64,000 nt of DNA from Clostridiales bacterium. Lineage in GTDB: Bacteria > Bacillota > Clostridia > Oscillospirales > Acutalibacteraceae. The notes under the pieces are model-generated. The model made no database searches. It saw only the letters and a list, made by a program, of their open reading frames with translations, and was not told the origin of the DNA. The stretch lies in NCBI GenBank assembly GCA_022793315.1, contig JAAWCO010000084.1, positions 3,364-67,363 on the forward strand, given 5' to 3'. Positions 63,922-64,000 of the stretch are shown here, in pieces. Made by a program: the position numbers and the translations under genes. How positions within the stretch are numbered: position 1 is the first letter of the stretch; each line of letters starts with the position of its first letter.

Positions 63922-64000
63922 TGGCAAATCCCTCCTGAATTAGAATCTGCCTGTAGTATGCGTGCGGCACAGAAAAATATACCCCCTTGACCGGCCAGGT

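Noticed and set aside
1-64000. Search for mobile elements, prophage, integrase or transposase genes, tRNA or rRNA genes and CRISPR arrays.
   Set aside because: No DDE, tyrosine or serine recombinase-like ORFs, no tRNA-like GGTTCGAATCC arms, no rRNA-like sequence and no repeat-spacer array were seen. The cassette duplication at 4.2-14.4 kb lacks flanking inverted repeats or recombinase genes.

Overview
GC-rich, tightly packed chromosomal segment that looks like a spore-forming Clostridia-type Firmicute. The signs are spoVT, ypeB, cotH and CotF-like coat genes, T-box and preQ1-type leaders, and strong GGAGG ribosome-binding sites. About 60 protein genes can be supported. No rRNA, tRNA, CRISPR array, transposase or integrase was seen. 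Most of the window from 15 kb onward is housekeeping: purine permease, ispE, aminotransferase plus Lrp regulator, class A PBP, queT, nadE, pyrG, hisHF, rsmE-tcdA-prmA, phosphohexomutase, rpsT, tmk, bioY/birA, and a T-box-controlled aspS-gatCAB operon. The most unusual part, and my best candidate for an undescribed system, is 4.2-14.4 kb. It is a tandem array of three cassettes, each encoding a signal-peptide enzyme with a Pro/Ser/Thr/Asp stalk and an (N/S)PSTG wall-sorting signal. Two of the enzymes are multidomain ADP-ribosylglycohydrolase-fold proteins and one is an SGNH hydrolase. The first two cassettes are paired with divergent AraC/cupin regulators; the third keeps only a stub of the regulator gene. 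Other items worth a second look: a translationally coupled CotH kinase - VTC polyphosphate-polymerase-like - DUF4956 membrane operon next to spoVT; aspS running into gatC with no stop codon, behind a T-box whose specifier reads AAC (Asn); a 530-nt gene-free leader upstream of a PhnP-like MBL hydrolase containing three covarying hairpins and an 86-nt tandem duplication; a preQ1-I-like element with an inserted hairpin upstream of queT; an FN3 / transglutaminase-like surface protein broken at a C7 tract; a BirA operator palindrome that overlaps the birA stop codon; and a MNT/HEPN pair with a degenerate-looking nucleotidyltransferase motif. All functional calls rest on motif recognition by eye. 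No database search was run.
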